DNA from: Acidimicrobiia bacterium
Lineage (GTDB): Bacteria; Actinomycetota; Acidimicrobiia; Spongiisociales; ZC4RG35
Length of the DNA: 64,000 nt
Reading direction: 5' to 3'
Assembly (NCBI GenBank): GCA_013812505.1
Contig: JACCTH010000017.1
Coordinates: 19,400-83,399, forward strand
Both the position numbers and the translations under genes were made by a program. The notes below the pieces were generated by a model. That model did no database searches. It was not told the DNA's origin and saw only the letters and a program-made list of their open reading frames with translations. Of this stretch, positions 43,765 through 53,862 are shown piece after piece; the stretch's first letter is position 1; each line of letters begins with the position of its first letter.

Positions 43765-44793
43765 ATGTTGGCCATCCTTACCCCTTCCGGAAATCTCGTT
43801 GCGCCTTCACCGTTGGAGCCAGATGTCGTTCGCAGGCTCTATCGCGCCATGGTCTTTGCCCGGACCTATGACCGCAAGGGGACCGCTCTGCAGAAGCAGG
43901 GAAGACTCGCTACTTATGCCTCCTTCGAAGGCCAAGAGGCAGCCCAGGTCGGTAGTGCCGCCGCCCTCGAACCCGAGGATTGGATGGTGGCGAGCTACCG
44001 CGACGCCGCGGCGATGTGGATGCAGGGCTATCCCCTCGAGTTGCTTTTTGCCGGGCGCACGGGCGACGAGCGGGGTGGGTCGCCGCCAGCGCACGTGCCG
44101 GTGCTCCCACCTTCGATCACGGTCGGCGGGCACATGGTCCACGCCGTCGGTCTGGCCTGGGCTGCCCGTCTCCGTGGCGAGCGCCGCGTGGCAATCACCT
44201 ATTTCGGTGACGGCGCCACCTCCGAAGGCGACTTTCACGAGGCCATGAATTTTGCTGCTGTCTTCAACACCCCGTGCGTGTTCTTCTGTCAGAACAATGG
44301 CTGGGCCATCTCATTGCCGCGTGAGGAGCAGACCAAGTCGGAGACGATCGCCCAAAAGGCCATCGCCTACGGGATGCCGGGGGTGCAGGTGGACGGCAAC
44401 GATCTGCTCGCTGTCTACGCCGCCACCGAAGAGGCTCTTGCCCGCGCCCGCGCCAACGAGGGGCCGACGCTCATCGAGGCGGTGACTTATCGCATCGGTC
44501 CTCACACCACAGCCGATGATCCCGCCCGGTATCGCGCCGGGACCCTCACCGACGAGTGGAGGCAACGAGATCCCCTCGAACGGGTGCGCCTCTTTCTCTC
44601 CGAGCGCGAGCTGTGGACCGCCGAGTGGCAGGAGGAAATCGAAGCCGCCGCCGCCTCGGAGATAGATCGGGCCATCGGTCTCGCAGAGGAGATGGTTCCT
44701 CTCGGGCCCGGCGACGTCTTCGCCTCGATGTATGCGGATCTCCCTCGCCATCTGCGTTTGCAACAAGCCGAGAACATGGCAGGTTGGGGATGA
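43765..44793 (+). CDS. 2-oxoacid (pyruvate/branched-chain) dehydrogenase E1 component, alpha subunit
   Basis: 342 aa. TPP-binding YFGDGATSEGDFHEAMNFA..FFCQNNGWAIS. Confidence 0.9.
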   Translation: MLAILTPSGNLVAPSPLEPDVVRRLYRAMVFARTYDRKGTALQKQGRLATYASFEGQEAAQVGSAAALEPEDWMVASYRDAAAMWMQGYPLELLFAGRTGDERGGSPPAHVPVLPPSITVGGHMVHAVGLAWAARLRGERRVAITYFGDGATSEGDFHEAMNFAAVFNTPCVFFCQNNGWAISLPREEQTKSETIAQKAIAYGMPGVQVDGNDLLAVYAATEEALARARANEGPTLIEAVTYRIGPHTTADDPARYRAGTLTDEWRQRDPLERVRLFLSERELWTAEWQEEIEAAAASEIDRAIGLAEEMVPLGPGDVFASMYADLPRHLRLQQAENMAGWG

Positions 44794-45767
44794 CCGTTCG
44801 CAACATCGCCCAAGCCATCAACGATGCCCTCGATCTCGCCCTCGGGAAGGATGAAGCCGTGGTCGTTTTTGGCGAGGACGTGGGACGCACCGGTGGGGTC
44901 TTCCGGGTCACCGACGGGTTGCGAGAGCAGTACGGCGCTGAACGGGTCATCGACAGCCCCGTGGCCGAGTCGGGAATCGTCGGTGTCGGGTTTGGCATGG
45001 CCGTCGGTGGTCTGCGGCCAGTGCTGGAGTTGCAGTTCATGGGTTTCTCCTATCCCGCCTATGACCAGATCATCAACCATGTCGCCCGGATCAGAAACCG
45101 CTCGCGCCATCGCTTTTCTGCTCCCTTGGTCATCCGCATCCCCTATGGCGGTGGCATCGGCGCCGCCGAGCACCATTCCGAATCGATGGAGGCCATCTAC
45201 ACCCATATCCCGGGACTGAAAGTGTTGGTCCCCTCGACCCCGTATGACGCCAAAGGTTTGTTGCTGGCTGCGATCGAGGATCCTGATCCGGTGGTCTATC
45301 TCGAACCGATCCGGCTCTATCGAGCGGTCAAAGAGGATGTGCCGGACGAGTGGTACACGCTGCCGATCGGAGCTGCGAGGGTTGAGAGAGAAGGCGACGA
45401 CGTGACGCTGATCACGTGGGGAGCGATGACGAAGGAAACGCGGCAAGCCGCCGATCTGCTTGCTGATGAAGACATCTCGGCCGAAGTGATCGACCTCCGG
45501 TCGCTCGTGCCTTTGGACCTTGAGACGCTGGTCGAATCGGTCGGACGCACAGGCCGCGCCGTTGTCATCCACGAGGCTCCGCGCACCTCTGGTTTTGGTG
45601 GCGAGGTAGTCGCCTCCGTGCAGGAGGAATGCCTCTTTTCATTGGCCTCACCCATCCTGCGTGTCACCGGTTGGGATACCGTGTTCCCCTTGAAGCGTTC
45701 CGAACATCACTACCTGCCGTCCGCCTCTCGCATCGCCGCGGCCGCTCGCCGAACGCTGGAGAGTTGA
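44790..45767 (+). CDS. 2-oxoacid dehydrogenase E1 component, beta subunit
   Basis: ATG 44790 (ATGA overlap) gives MTVRNIAQAINDAL..VVVFGEDVG..VIDSPVAESGIVG. 326 aa. Confidence 0.9.
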   Translation: MTVRNIAQAINDALDLALGKDEAVVVFGEDVGRTGGVFRVTDGLREQYGAERVIDSPVAESGIVGVGFGMAVGGLRPVLELQFMGFSYPAYDQIINHVARIRNRSRHRFSAPLVIRIPYGGGIGAAEHHSESMEAIYTHIPGLKVLVPSTPYDAKGLLLAAIEDPDPVVYLEPIRLYRAVKEDVPDEWYTLPIGAARVEREGDDVTLITWGAMTKETRQAADLLADEDISAEVIDLRSLVPLDLETLVESVGRTGRAVVIHEAPRTSGFGGEVVASVQEECLFSLASPILRVTGWDTVFPLKRSEHHYLPSASRIAAAARRTLES

Positions 45768-47059
45768 TGGCCCGAGAGTTCCTGCTCCCCGACATTGGCG
45801 AAGGTCTCACCGAAGCGGAGGTCGTGCGCTGGCTGATCCCGGTTGGGGGAGAGGTAAAAGTCGATCAGCCAGTGGTCGAGGTCGAGACTGATAAAGCCGT
45901 GGTCGACATCCCCAGTCCTTATGCCGGCACCGTGATCCATCACGGGGCGGCTGAGGGCGGCACCGTGCTTGTAGGCGAGGTGCTTTTGGTGATCGGCGAG
46001 CCCGACGAGAAGTGGCCAGCCGCGGATCCCGAAACCGAGGCGTGGCTCGATCAGGTCGACGAGGAGATGGCGACCGATGAGGGAATGCCCGAGGCCCCTA
46101 ACCAGGCGGCCCCCATCGTTGGCAGCATTAGCGACCAGGCCGAGGAGCTAACCGCCCCGAGAGGCCCGGGCAAGGTGGAGCGAGCCCTCGGTTCGGTGCG
46201 AGCGTTGCCTCTAGTGCGCAAGCTCGCCAAGGACTTGAACGTCGACATTTCCCAGCTCACCGGATCTGGGGCCGACGGCCGCATCACGCGAGAAGATGTG
46301 ATCGCAGCGGCCGAGAGTGGGGGAGGGACTGTCACGATCCCGGAGGCGCCGGGTCTGCCGCCGCTGCCCGTTGATCGTAAGGGAGAGCGCCGCCAGCTCT
46401 CGAAGTTGCGGCGAACGATCGCTTCCAACATGAGCAAATCGTGGCGTGAGATCCCCCACGTCACGACCTTTGATGAGGCGCCGGCAGCTCGGCTGCTGGC
46501 GGCGAGAAAGGCGCTCGAGACCCGCCATGGAGTGAAGATACCGCTTGAAGCATTGATCATCAAAGCTGTATTGCCGGCGCTTATGGAGTTCCCGGATTTC
46601 AACTCATCGATTGATGGTGATGATCTGATGGTGTTCTCTCATTTCGACATCGGCGTGGCAGTCGACACGCCTGACGGCCTACTTGTGGGGATCGTCAAGG
46701 CTGCCGATACGAGGACCCTCTTGGAGACCGCGGCCGACATCCGCCGGTTGGCCGCGGCGGCCAAAGAGCGGAAACTGAAACCGGATGAGCTCACCGGCCA
46801 GACATTCACTATCTCCAACATCGGCGCGATCGGTGGCGGCTTTGGAACGCCAATAGTCCCTCCCGGCACCACCGCCATCCTCTCGATAGGTCGGGCGGCC
46901 GAGCGCGCGGTGGCCGAGGGCGGGGCTGTGTCTGTGGCGCCGATGATGCCGCTCTCGCTCTCCTATGACCACCGAGTGATCGATGGGGGACAAGGCCGGC
47001 GGTTCATGGCGCTCGTCCTCGAAAACCTGGGTGAACCGGCGCTGTTCCTCGCCTCCTAA
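45767..47059 (+). CDS. dihydrolipoamide acyltransferase (E2 component)
   Basis: ATG 45767 shares one base with the upstream TGA. Lipoyl domain VEVETDKAVVDIPSP, peripheral subunit-binding domain (ALPLVRKLAKDLNVDI), catalytic SLSYDHRVIDGG. Confidence 0.9.
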   Translation: MAREFLLPDIGEGLTEAEVVRWLIPVGGEVKVDQPVVEVETDKAVVDIPSPYAGTVIHHGAAEGGTVLVGEVLLVIGEPDEKWPAADPETEAWLDQVDEEMATDEGMPEAPNQAAPIVGSISDQAEELTAPRGPGKVERALGSVRALPLVRKLAKDLNVDISQLTGSGADGRITREDVIAAAESGGGTVTIPEAPGLPPLPVDRKGERRQLSKLRRTIASNMSKSWREIPHVTTFDEAPAARLLAARKALETRHGVKIPLEALIIKAVLPALMEFPDFNSSIDGDDLMVFSHFDIGVAVDTPDGLLVGIVKAADTRTLLETAADIRRLAAAAKERKLKPDELTGQTFTISNIGAIGGGFGTPIVPPGTTAILSIGRAAERAVAEGGAVSVAPMMPLSLSYDHRVIDGGQGRRFMALVLENLGEPALFLAS

Positions 47060-47111
47060 TCGGGGAAGAAATACTCAACTCGGAAGGCGATTTGTCCTAG
47101 TTTGTGCGCAC

Positions 47112-47450
47112 ATGGAGCACTACGACGGACTGCTGCGCCTGGCGGGCGACTTCTCGCCGCCGATCAAAGTCGACATCGATCTCACCGACGATCAAGAGTT
47201 GCGCATTGCGACCCCCGATCTCGAGATCGGCGAATGGCCACTATCAAGTCTTGCGATCAAAGCCCTCGACGATGGCTTCCACGTGATGTCCGAGGGCGAA
47301 GAGCTGGTCATCACCACCTCCGATGACGCCGGCTTTGCCGTGGCGGTCGGGATCCGCAACGCCCCCGTCAACCTCCGCAAGCAAATCTCCGCGTTGATGC
47401 GCAGCGACCCCGGCGTCCACGCCGAGTCCGACCTCTCCCCTGGCGGTTAG
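47112..47450 (+). CDS. hypothetical protein (113 aa)
   Basis: ATG 47112. Acidic small protein (MEHYDGLLRLAGDF..). Codon usage resembles its neighbours. No motif recognised. Confidence 0.5.
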   Translation: MEHYDGLLRLAGDFSPPIKVDIDLTDDQELRIATPDLEIGEWPLSSLAIKALDDGFHVMSEGEELVITTSDDAGFAVAVGIRNAPVNLRKQISALMRSDPGVHAESDLSPGG

Positions 47451-47455
47451 CCGAA

Positions 47456-47670
47456 GGAGTGCCCGAGCGCAGCGAGGGGGAAGGGGCGCCGTCCGCGAGC
47501 GTCTCTACGAGCGCCCGAAATTTTGTCCTGTGGCGAAACCTCAGAACGTAATTCGTCCTCACAAGCACGAGCACGACACGCTATGGGACGAATTACGAAA
47601 ATCGGTTTCCCGTGGGCACAAATTACGGTGAACCTCGCCTGACCAAGGCCTTTCGCGCCCAACTGCAACA
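47456..47670. repeat. second copy of the AATTYG-rich structured element, with a perfect 11-bp inverted repeat GTAATTCGTCC (47548-47558) / GGACGAATTAC (47586-47596)
   Basis: G-rich box 47456-47486. GAAATTTTGTCCTGTGGCGAAAC (47517-47539) and GGGCACAAATTACGG (to 47628) have counterparts at 12349-12431. GCCTTTCG follows in both copies. Confidence 0.7.
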
Positions 47671-47742
47671 CTCAACTGGACGCTTTCCAATCTTGTTCGC
47701 GGCGCCGGATACATTGATCAAACGGAGAGGCAGCCGAAGCGC

Positions 47743-48168
47743 TTGGCCACATGGTTAGTTCTGTGCACCCAGCTCGCAGCGTGCAACGACACCGGCTCAG
47801 ACCGCGGCGAGTTTGGTCCGCTTGGCGTAGTTGCCACGAGTTCGGGAAACGAGGCGTTGGCGGTCGGATCGCTCATGATCACCGACATCTGCGTGCTCCT
47901 TGTAACGGCTGATCGTGAAGAAGCCCTTGTCTGGGGAGCGGATCGGACAACGTGGAATGAGGACACAGGGACGATCTTGTTCACGCCGTTCGAAGGGGAG
48001 ACAATCGAACTCGTGGATGGGCAAGAGGTGATGTTTGGCGGCGGTGGCCTCTCCGTTGCCGAGGATCCAGACTTCGATGGGATCCTGGCTGGAATTGATT
48101 GGGTCTCGGAACCAGATCCGACCTGCGCCAGAGAAAGCTGGTGGTTTGTGGGAGACGTTGTCCCCTAG
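47743..48168 (+). CDS. putative lipoprotein (141 aa)
   Basis: TTG start. MATWLVLCTQLAA|CNDT signal/lipobox-like N-terminus. No other motif recognised. Confidence 0.5.
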   Translation: MATWLVLCTQLAACNDTGSDRGEFGPLGVVATSSGNEALAVGSLMITDICVLLVTADREEALVWGADRTTWNEDTGTILFTPFEGETIELVDGQEVMFGGGGLSVAEDPDFDGILAGIDWVSEPDPTCARESWWFVGDVVP

Positions 48169-48172
48169 AGCC

Positions 48173-49603
48173 CTACTGGCGGTCGAGGAGCTGGTAGAGC
48201 TCGGTGAGGTCGATGCGGGGATAGAGATCCGGCGCGAGCAAGCCAACGATCGCCGTTTGCGACCGAGGTGAGGCGACCACCTTGCCGGCCCAGCGATTGT
48301 GAAGCTCGGGGTCGGGCACCCGACAGCACGGTCCGGTCGGGCAAGCTGAGGTTTTTTGGTTCTCAGTTTCTCGCCCGCGCATGAACTTTGACGACCGAAA
48401 CGGCACGCCGAAGGTGATCGCGTTGCCGTTTCCTTCCGGCTCCAAGTAGGTCGAGCAGAAGAACGTGCCGTTGGGGGTGTGGGTGTATTGGTAATGAAGC
48501 GAAAAGCGATCAGCCGACTCCGCGGCACTTCTCGCCGACCACTGGCGACACAATCGCTGCGCCTCAACCCCGCCGTCGTCGTCTCGAGGAAAGGGGACAT
48601 CGTCGTTGCCATAGGCTTTGAGGGCGATGCCGTCCTGGTCACTGACCACGAGATGAGTTCGGAGGTCGAGCGCCTTCGTGGCCAGGTTGGCGAGACGATG
48701 GGCGGCCATTTCGTAGGTTGTATAGAACACCTCTCTGAGATCCTCAATCGAGAGGTCATGCGCCTCTGAGGCGGCGCGCAGATGGGAGACCGCGGCCGCC
48801 TCCGGGATCAAAACCGCCGAGGCAAAGTAGGCGCTTTCCCGCCGGTTGCGAAGGAAGCTTTCGTAATCGTTTGGTGCTTCGTGCCCGAGCGCGAATCCGG
48901 CCAGAGTTTGCAGGATCGCTTTGCGCGCTTGTCTCGTCCGCAGCTCGTTGCGCTGGGGGATGTAGATGACGTGATTCTCGAGATCGGTCAACGATCGCAC
49001 CGAGGCAGGGATGTCCTCGATGGCTCTCACCTCGAAATCGAACGCTGCCGCTAGATCGAGAAGGTGCCGCGACGACATCGCCCCGCTTCCTCCGTATCCA
49101 GAAGCGCCGACGGCTTTGGCTGCCGCGGTTTCAACATGATCGATGTACCCATCCGCCGCTTCGAGCTCACGAGTGAGGGTGCCGTTTGCTCTCCGAACCT
49201 CGCTCGACGTCACGGGGGCCAGCTGGCTCCGATCGAGGTGGCGATAAAGGCCGATGAGATGTGCCAGCACCTCATCGCTCAGACGGGCCGAGGTTCGCAG
49301 TTGAGGAAGGCCCAGCTCGGAGTGGTTCTTTTGCAGGCGCTCGAACTCGAGCTCAAGCTGGGCACGACGGTTCGGCGGCTCGGGGTTGAGCAAGTCGTCC
49401 ACCTTGACCCCCAACGCAACCGCGACTTCAGTGACAAACGACAGCCGGGGTTCCCGCTTCCCGTTCTCCACCAATGAGAGATAGGGAGCGGGCTTGCCCA
49501 CCTGCAAACCCAATTGGTCGAGGGTGAGCCCTGCCCGCCGTCGGTAGTGACGAATCCGGTGCCCGAGGGTGGCGATATCAAAAGTGGACGTCACGATCGG
49601 CAA
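48173..49603 (-). CDS. XRE-family regulator with ImmA/IrrE-like and DUF2083-like domains (RamB/PrpR, short-chain acyl-CoA-responsive type)
   Basis: 476 aa. N-terminal HTH (LGHRIRHYRRRAGLTLDQLGLQVGKPAPYLSLVENGKREP). Cys-rich C-terminus (FFCSTY..SACPTGPCCRVPD). Divergent from aceB-aceA. Confidence 0.75.
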   Translation of the reverse strand: MPIVTSTFDIATLGHRIRHYRRRAGLTLDQLGLQVGKPAPYLSLVENGKREPRLSFVTEVAVALGVKVDDLLNPEPPNRRAQLELEFERLQKNHSELGLPQLRTSARLSDEVLAHLIGLYRHLDRSQLAPVTSSEVRRANGTLTRELEAADGYIDHVETAAAKAVGASGYGGSGAMSSRHLLDLAAAFDFEVRAIEDIPASVRSLTDLENHVIYIPQRNELRTRQARKAILQTLAGFALGHEAPNDYESFLRNRRESAYFASAVLIPEAAAVSHLRAASEAHDLSIEDLREVFYTTYEMAAHRLANLATKALDLRTHLVVSDQDGIALKAYGNDDVPFPRDDDGGVEAQRLCRQWSARSAAESADRFSLHYQYTHTPNGTFFCSTYLEPEGNGNAITFGVPFRSSKFMRGRETENQKTSACPTGPCCRVPDPELHNRWAGKVVASPRSQTAIVGLLAPDLYPRIDLTELYQLLDRQ

Positions 49604-49669
49604 GTTTAGCCGAATTTATCGCAGCTTTGACTTGTAATCTCGGCGCAGAATGAAAGATACTGTCAAATT

Positions 49670-51193
49670 ATGAGCCAGTTTGACCTGCGCGCCGGGGGAC
49701 GGAGCGATGTCCTGACAACTGAAACGCTCGAGTTCGTCGCCCTCCTCGAGCGGACCTTCCGTCCCCAGCGTGCCGCGCTGATCCTGGCTCGACAGGAACG
49801 CCAACGGGCCCTCGACAACGGTGCACCTTTCGTGCTGCTCGACTCCGCTCCCGACGATTGGACGATCGATCCCGTGCCTGCCGACCTCGTCGAACGCAAG
49901 GTGGAGATCACCGGCCCGGTCGATCAGAAGATGATGATCAACGCCCTCAACTCGGGGGCCTCGGTCTTCATGGCGGATTTCGAAGATGCAACGAGCCCAA
50001 CCTGGCTCAATCTCATCGATGGGCAAGCGAACGTCCTCGCGGCCTATCGACGAGAACTCAGCCTCGACACGAATGAGAAGTCATATCGCCTCAATGATGA
50101 GGTTGCAACCTTGATGGTCCGTCCCCGAGGGTGGCATTTGCCCGAAAAGCATCTCGTTGTCGACGGTCGACCAGTTTCAGCGTCGCTGTTCGACTTCGGG
50201 CTGTATCTCTTCCACGGAGGTCGAGCCGCGCTCGAGGCCGGGTCAGGTCCCTATCTCTATCTCCCCAAGCTCGAAAGCCACCTCGAAGCCCGATTGTGGA
50301 ACGACGTCTTTGCCTACGCGCAGGACCAGCTCGGAATCCCTACCGGAACCATCAAGGCAACCGTCCTGGTCGAAACCCTTCCCGCCGCCTTCGAGATGGA
50401 CGCGATCCTTTACGAGTTGCGCTCTCACTCTGCCGGGCTCAACGCCGGTCGTTGGGACTACATCTTCTCAACGATCAAGAAGCTGCGGGCGAGGGAGGAC
50501 TTTGTCCTACCCGACCGGTCGGCGGTGACGATGACGGTTCCCTTCATGAGGGCGTACACCAAACTCCAAGTCCAGACCTGTCATCGTCGCCGGGCTCATG
50601 CCATTGGCGGCATGGCCGCCTTCATCCCCAATCGACGAGACGCGGAAGTCACCGAGCGCGCATTGGCCAAGGTGACCGAGGACAAGGAGCGCGAAGCCCG
50701 GCTCGGCTGCGACGGCACCTGGGTTGCGCACCCCGACCTGGTCCCCGTCGCCCGTCAAGTCTTCGATTCTGTTCTCGGTGAGCGTCCCAATCAACTGAAC
50801 GTCATCCCCGAGGGAGAAGTCACCGCCGCCGATCTCCTCGACTTTCCCGCCGGGATGATCACGGATGCGGGTTTGCGACAGAACGTCCGCGTCGGTCTCC
50901 TCTATCTGTCGTCCTGGCTCGCCGGCAGCGGCGCGGTCGGGATCGACAATCTCATGGAGGACGTCGCCACCGCTGAGATCTCGCGGAGCCAGATCTGGCA
51001 ATGGGTGCAGCGTGAAGCCCGCACCGACGAGGGTGAAATCATCGACCGCGCTCTGGTCGAAAAAGTGGCAGGCGAAATCATGGCGGAATCCACCACCGAC
51101 TTGAGCGACGCCTGGGAGGTGTTCTCTGAGGTTTCCCTCGGCGACGACTTCGTCGAGTTCTTGACTCTTTCGGCCTACGACCGCCTCGACTAG
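49670..51193 (+). CDS. aceB: malate synthase A
   Basis: 507 aa. Length and blocks ([66 protein letters not shown]) fit the AceB type. Confidence 0.88.
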   Translation: MSQFDLRAGGRSDVLTTETLEFVALLERTFRPQRAALILARQERQRALDNGAPFVLLDSAPDDWTIDPVPADLVERKVEITGPVDQKMMINALNSGASVFMADFEDATSPTWLNLIDGQANVLAAYRRELSLDTNEKSYRLNDEVATLMVRPRGWHLPEKHLVVDGRPVSASLFDFGLYLFHGGRAALEAGSGPYLYLPKLESHLEARLWNDVFAYAQDQLGIPTGTIKATVLVETLPAAFEMDAILYELRSHSAGLNAGRWDYIFSTIKKLRAREDFVLPDRSAVTMTVPFMRAYTKLQVQTCHRRRAHAIGGMAAFIPNRRDAEVTERALAKVTEDKEREARLGCDGTWVAHPDLVPVARQVFDSVLGERPNQLNVIPEGEVTAADLLDFPAGMITDAGLRQNVRVGLLYLSSWLAGSGAVGIDNLMEDVATAEISRSQIWQWVQREARTDEGEIIDRALVEKVAGEIMAESTTDLSDAWEVFSEVSLGDDFVEFLTLSAYDRLD

Positions 51194-51202
51194 GAGAAGC
51201 GA

Positions 51203-52483
51203 ATGACCACCCCATATCAAGCGGAGATCGAGCAACTGGAGAAAACCTGGAGGAGTGACACCCGTTGGAACGGCGTCACCCGCAACTACTCCGCGGCCGA
51301 TGTCGTTTCGATCCAGGGATCGCTTCGCGAACAACACACCTTGGCGGAGGCAATGGCGCAGAAGCTGTGGGGGCTGCTCACCGACAACGATTACGTCAAC
51401 GCGCTCGGCGCCCTGTCGGGCGGCCAGGCAGTGCAGATGGTGAAGGCAGGGTTGAAGGCGATCTATCTGTCGGGCTGGCAGGTGGCTGGCGACGGCAATC
51501 TGGCCGAGCAGGTCTATCCCGATCAGTCGCTCTATCCGGCGAACTCGGCACCGGCCTTGATGCGTCGGATCAACAACGCGTTGCGTCGCGCCGATCAGAT
51601 CCATTGGTCCGAAGGTGATCATTCGATCGACTGGTTTGTGCCGATCGTCGCCGATGCCGAGGCTGGATTCGGCGGGGCGCTCAATGTCTTCGAGCTGGTG
51701 AAGTCGTTCATCGAGGCAGGTGCGGCCGGAGTCCACCTCGAGGACCAACTGGCGGCGGAGAAAAAGTGTGGCCACATGGGAGGAAAAGTGCTGGTGCCGA
51801 CGAGCCAGCACATACGCAGCCTGCAGGCTGCCCGGCTCGCTGCCGATGTGCTCTCCGTCCCGACGATCATCGTCGCCCGCACCGACGCCAACGGGGCCAA
51901 CCTCCTTACCTCTGACGTCGACCCCGCCGACCAGGAGTTCTGCACAGGCGAGCGCACCGCCGAGGGATTCTTCCGGGTGAATCCGGGTCTCGACCAGGCC
52001 ATCTCGCGAGCGATCAGCTATGCGCCTTACTCAGATCTGATCTGGTGCGAGACCGCCCGTCCCGACCTCGCCGAAGCTGCCCAATTCGCCGGCGCGATCC
52101 ACGATCGGTTTCCCGGAAAGATGCTGGCCTACAACTGCTCACCGTCGTTCAACTGGAAGAAACATCTTTCGGATACTGCGATCGCCAGCTTCCAGAAGGA
52201 GCTAGGCGCCATGGGATACCGCTTCCAGTTCATCACCCTGGCCGGATTCCACGCTCTCAACGCCGGCATGTTCGAGCTCGCTCGCGGGTACTCACAGACC
52301 GGCATGCCGGCCTACGTCGAACTGCAAGAACGCGAATTCGCCATGGAAAGTGACGGATATAGCGCCACCCGGCATCAGCGCGAGGTTGGCGCCGGATATT
52401 TCGACCGGGTCTCCGAGATCGTCAGTGGCGGCAGCGCCTCGACGCTGGCTCTTAAGGGCAGCACCGAGGAGGAGCAGTTTTGA
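51203..52483 (+). CDS. aceA: isocitrate lyase
   Basis: 426 aa. Signature [24 protein letters not shown]-terminal block. Confidence 0.93.
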   Translation: MTTPYQAEIEQLEKTWRSDTRWNGVTRNYSAADVVSIQGSLREQHTLAEAMAQKLWGLLTDNDYVNALGALSGGQAVQMVKAGLKAIYLSGWQVAGDGNLAEQVYPDQSLYPANSAPALMRRINNALRRADQIHWSEGDHSIDWFVPIVADAEAGFGGALNVFELVKSFIEAGAAGVHLEDQLAAEKKCGHMGGKVLVPTSQHIRSLQAARLAADVLSVPTIIVARTDANGANLLTSDVDPADQEFCTGERTAEGFFRVNPGLDQAISRAISYAPYSDLIWCETARPDLAEAAQFAGAIHDRFPGKMLAYNCSPSFNWKKHLSDTAIASFQKELGAMGYRFQFITLAGFHALNAGMFELARGYSQTGMPAYVELQEREFAMESDGYSATRHQREVGAGYFDRVSEIVSGGSASTLALKGSTEEEQF

Positions 52484-52517
52484 TTAGGTTGTGGATGTCC
52501 TTCGTCAAAGGGAGATC

Positions 52518-53573
52518 ATGAACATCGTTCACGTCGTCGGGACCGGGACCATCGGGGAGCCGCTCATCGGCCTCCTCGCCGACCATAAGTCCGACTTTGG
52601 GATCGACGAGGTGACGTTTCACAAGCGCACCCCCCTCATCACCGAGCGCAGCAAGGTCAATGACCTTGTTCGACGAGGGGCGGTGCTCGCGGTCGATGAG
52701 GACAAGCGCTCGACTTTCGAGGAGTTGGGTCATACGCCGAAATGGGAGGCGAGAGAAGCCATAGATCGAGCCTCGGTGGTGATCGACTGCACGCCGGTGG
52801 GCAACGACAACAAGGCTGAGTTCTACAACCAGGCAGTGCACCCACTCGGGTTCATGGCCCAGGGCTCAGAGTCCGGGTTCGGCAAGATGTACGCCCGGGG
52901 GATCAACGACAGCGCCTTGGTCCATGAGGAGGATCGTTTCCTTCATATCGTGTCGTGCAACACCCACAACATCGCCGTTTTGATCAAGACCCTGGCGATG
53001 GACGCCGACGGCACCAACCACCTCACCGACGGACGGTTTACCTGTATCCGGCGGTCGAACGACATCTCTCAGGACTCGGGCTTTTCCCCGTCGCCAACCG
53101 TCGAAAAGCACAAGGACGATCGCTTCGGCACCCACCACGCCCGCGATGCCCATGGGCTATTCGAGACGCTCGGTTACGACCTCAACCTTTTCTCATCGGC
53201 GTTGAAGCTCAACAGCCAGTACATGCACCTGGTTCACTTCTCGTTGACCCTCGATGGGGAGATGAGCTTGAACGATGCCAAGGAGCGGCTGCACGCCAAC
53301 AAGCGCGTGGCGATCACCTATCGCAAATCGGCCAACAGCGTCTTCAGCTTTGGACGCGATCACGGCTACTACGGCCGCATCCTGAGCCAAACGGTGGTGG
53401 CGATCGACACTCTCACGGTCCGCAATGGCAACGAGCTCGTCGGCTATTGCTTCACCCCCCAGGACGGCAACCCGCTGCTCTCCACGCTGGCCGCCACGCT
53501 CTGGTTCATCCACCCCGACGAAGTCGACGACCGGATCGACTTCCTGCGCCCCTATCTGTTCCAAGAGGTTTGA
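52518..53573 (+). CDS. class II (archaeal-type) glyceraldehyde-3-phosphate dehydrogenase-like NAD(P) oxidoreductase
   Basis: ATG 52518 preceded by AAGGGAG. GTGTIG Rossmann start, catalytic-Cys block IVSCNTHNIAVLIKTL (compare archaeal VVSCNTTGL), CIRRSND, GTHHARD, YMHLVHFSL. Assignment is from remembered archaeal GAPDH sequences. Confidence 0.6.
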   Translation: MNIVHVVGTGTIGEPLIGLLADHKSDFGIDEVTFHKRTPLITERSKVNDLVRRGAVLAVDEDKRSTFEELGHTPKWEAREAIDRASVVIDCTPVGNDNKAEFYNQAVHPLGFMAQGSESGFGKMYARGINDSALVHEEDRFLHIVSCNTHNIAVLIKTLAMDADGTNHLTDGRFTCIRRSNDISQDSGFSPSPTVEKHKDDRFGTHHARDAHGLFETLGYDLNLFSSALKLNSQYMHLVHFSLTLDGEMSLNDAKERLHANKRVAITYRKSANSVFSFGRDHGYYGRILSQTVVAIDTLTVRNGNELVGYCFTPQDGNPLLSTLAATLWFIHPDEVDDRIDFLRPYLFQEV

Positions 53574-53845
53574 GCCTGGAGGGACAGCGCCAAGCTCAAC
53601 AAGCGGCGGAGCACGCAATCGAGGCATTGAGCCAAGGCGACGCTGCCACAGCCCGGGCGGCGGTCGATGTCGCAGTTGAAAAGGATCAAAGCGGTAGCTT
53701 CGGGGCGTTAGCCGACGCGGTGCACCTGGCCGCTACCCAGCTCGACGAGGAGGGCCGCTTGCCCGGGCCAACTTGGGACTTTCTCGCCGACGCGGTCGGT
53801 CCCGGCCCGCTGCAAGGGCTCGTCGAATCGCTTCGCACCAGCTAG
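53570..53845 (+). CDS. small hypothetical protein (about 91 aa)
   Basis: TTG 53570 overlaps the upstream TGA. Ala/Gln-rich helical sequence. The coding call is weak. Confidence 0.35.
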   Translation: MSLEGQRQAQQAAEHAIEALSQGDAATARAAVDVAVEKDQSGSFGALADAVHLAATQLDEEGRLPGPTWDFLADAVGPGPLQGLVESLRTS

Positions 53846-53862
53846 TAAATCTGGACTGAGCG

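Noticed and set aside
50507-51811. 434-aa minus-strand ORF spanning the aceB/aceA junction
   Set aside because: It is antisense to two strongly supported genes, has no motif, and shows the composition typical of high-G+C shadow ORFs.
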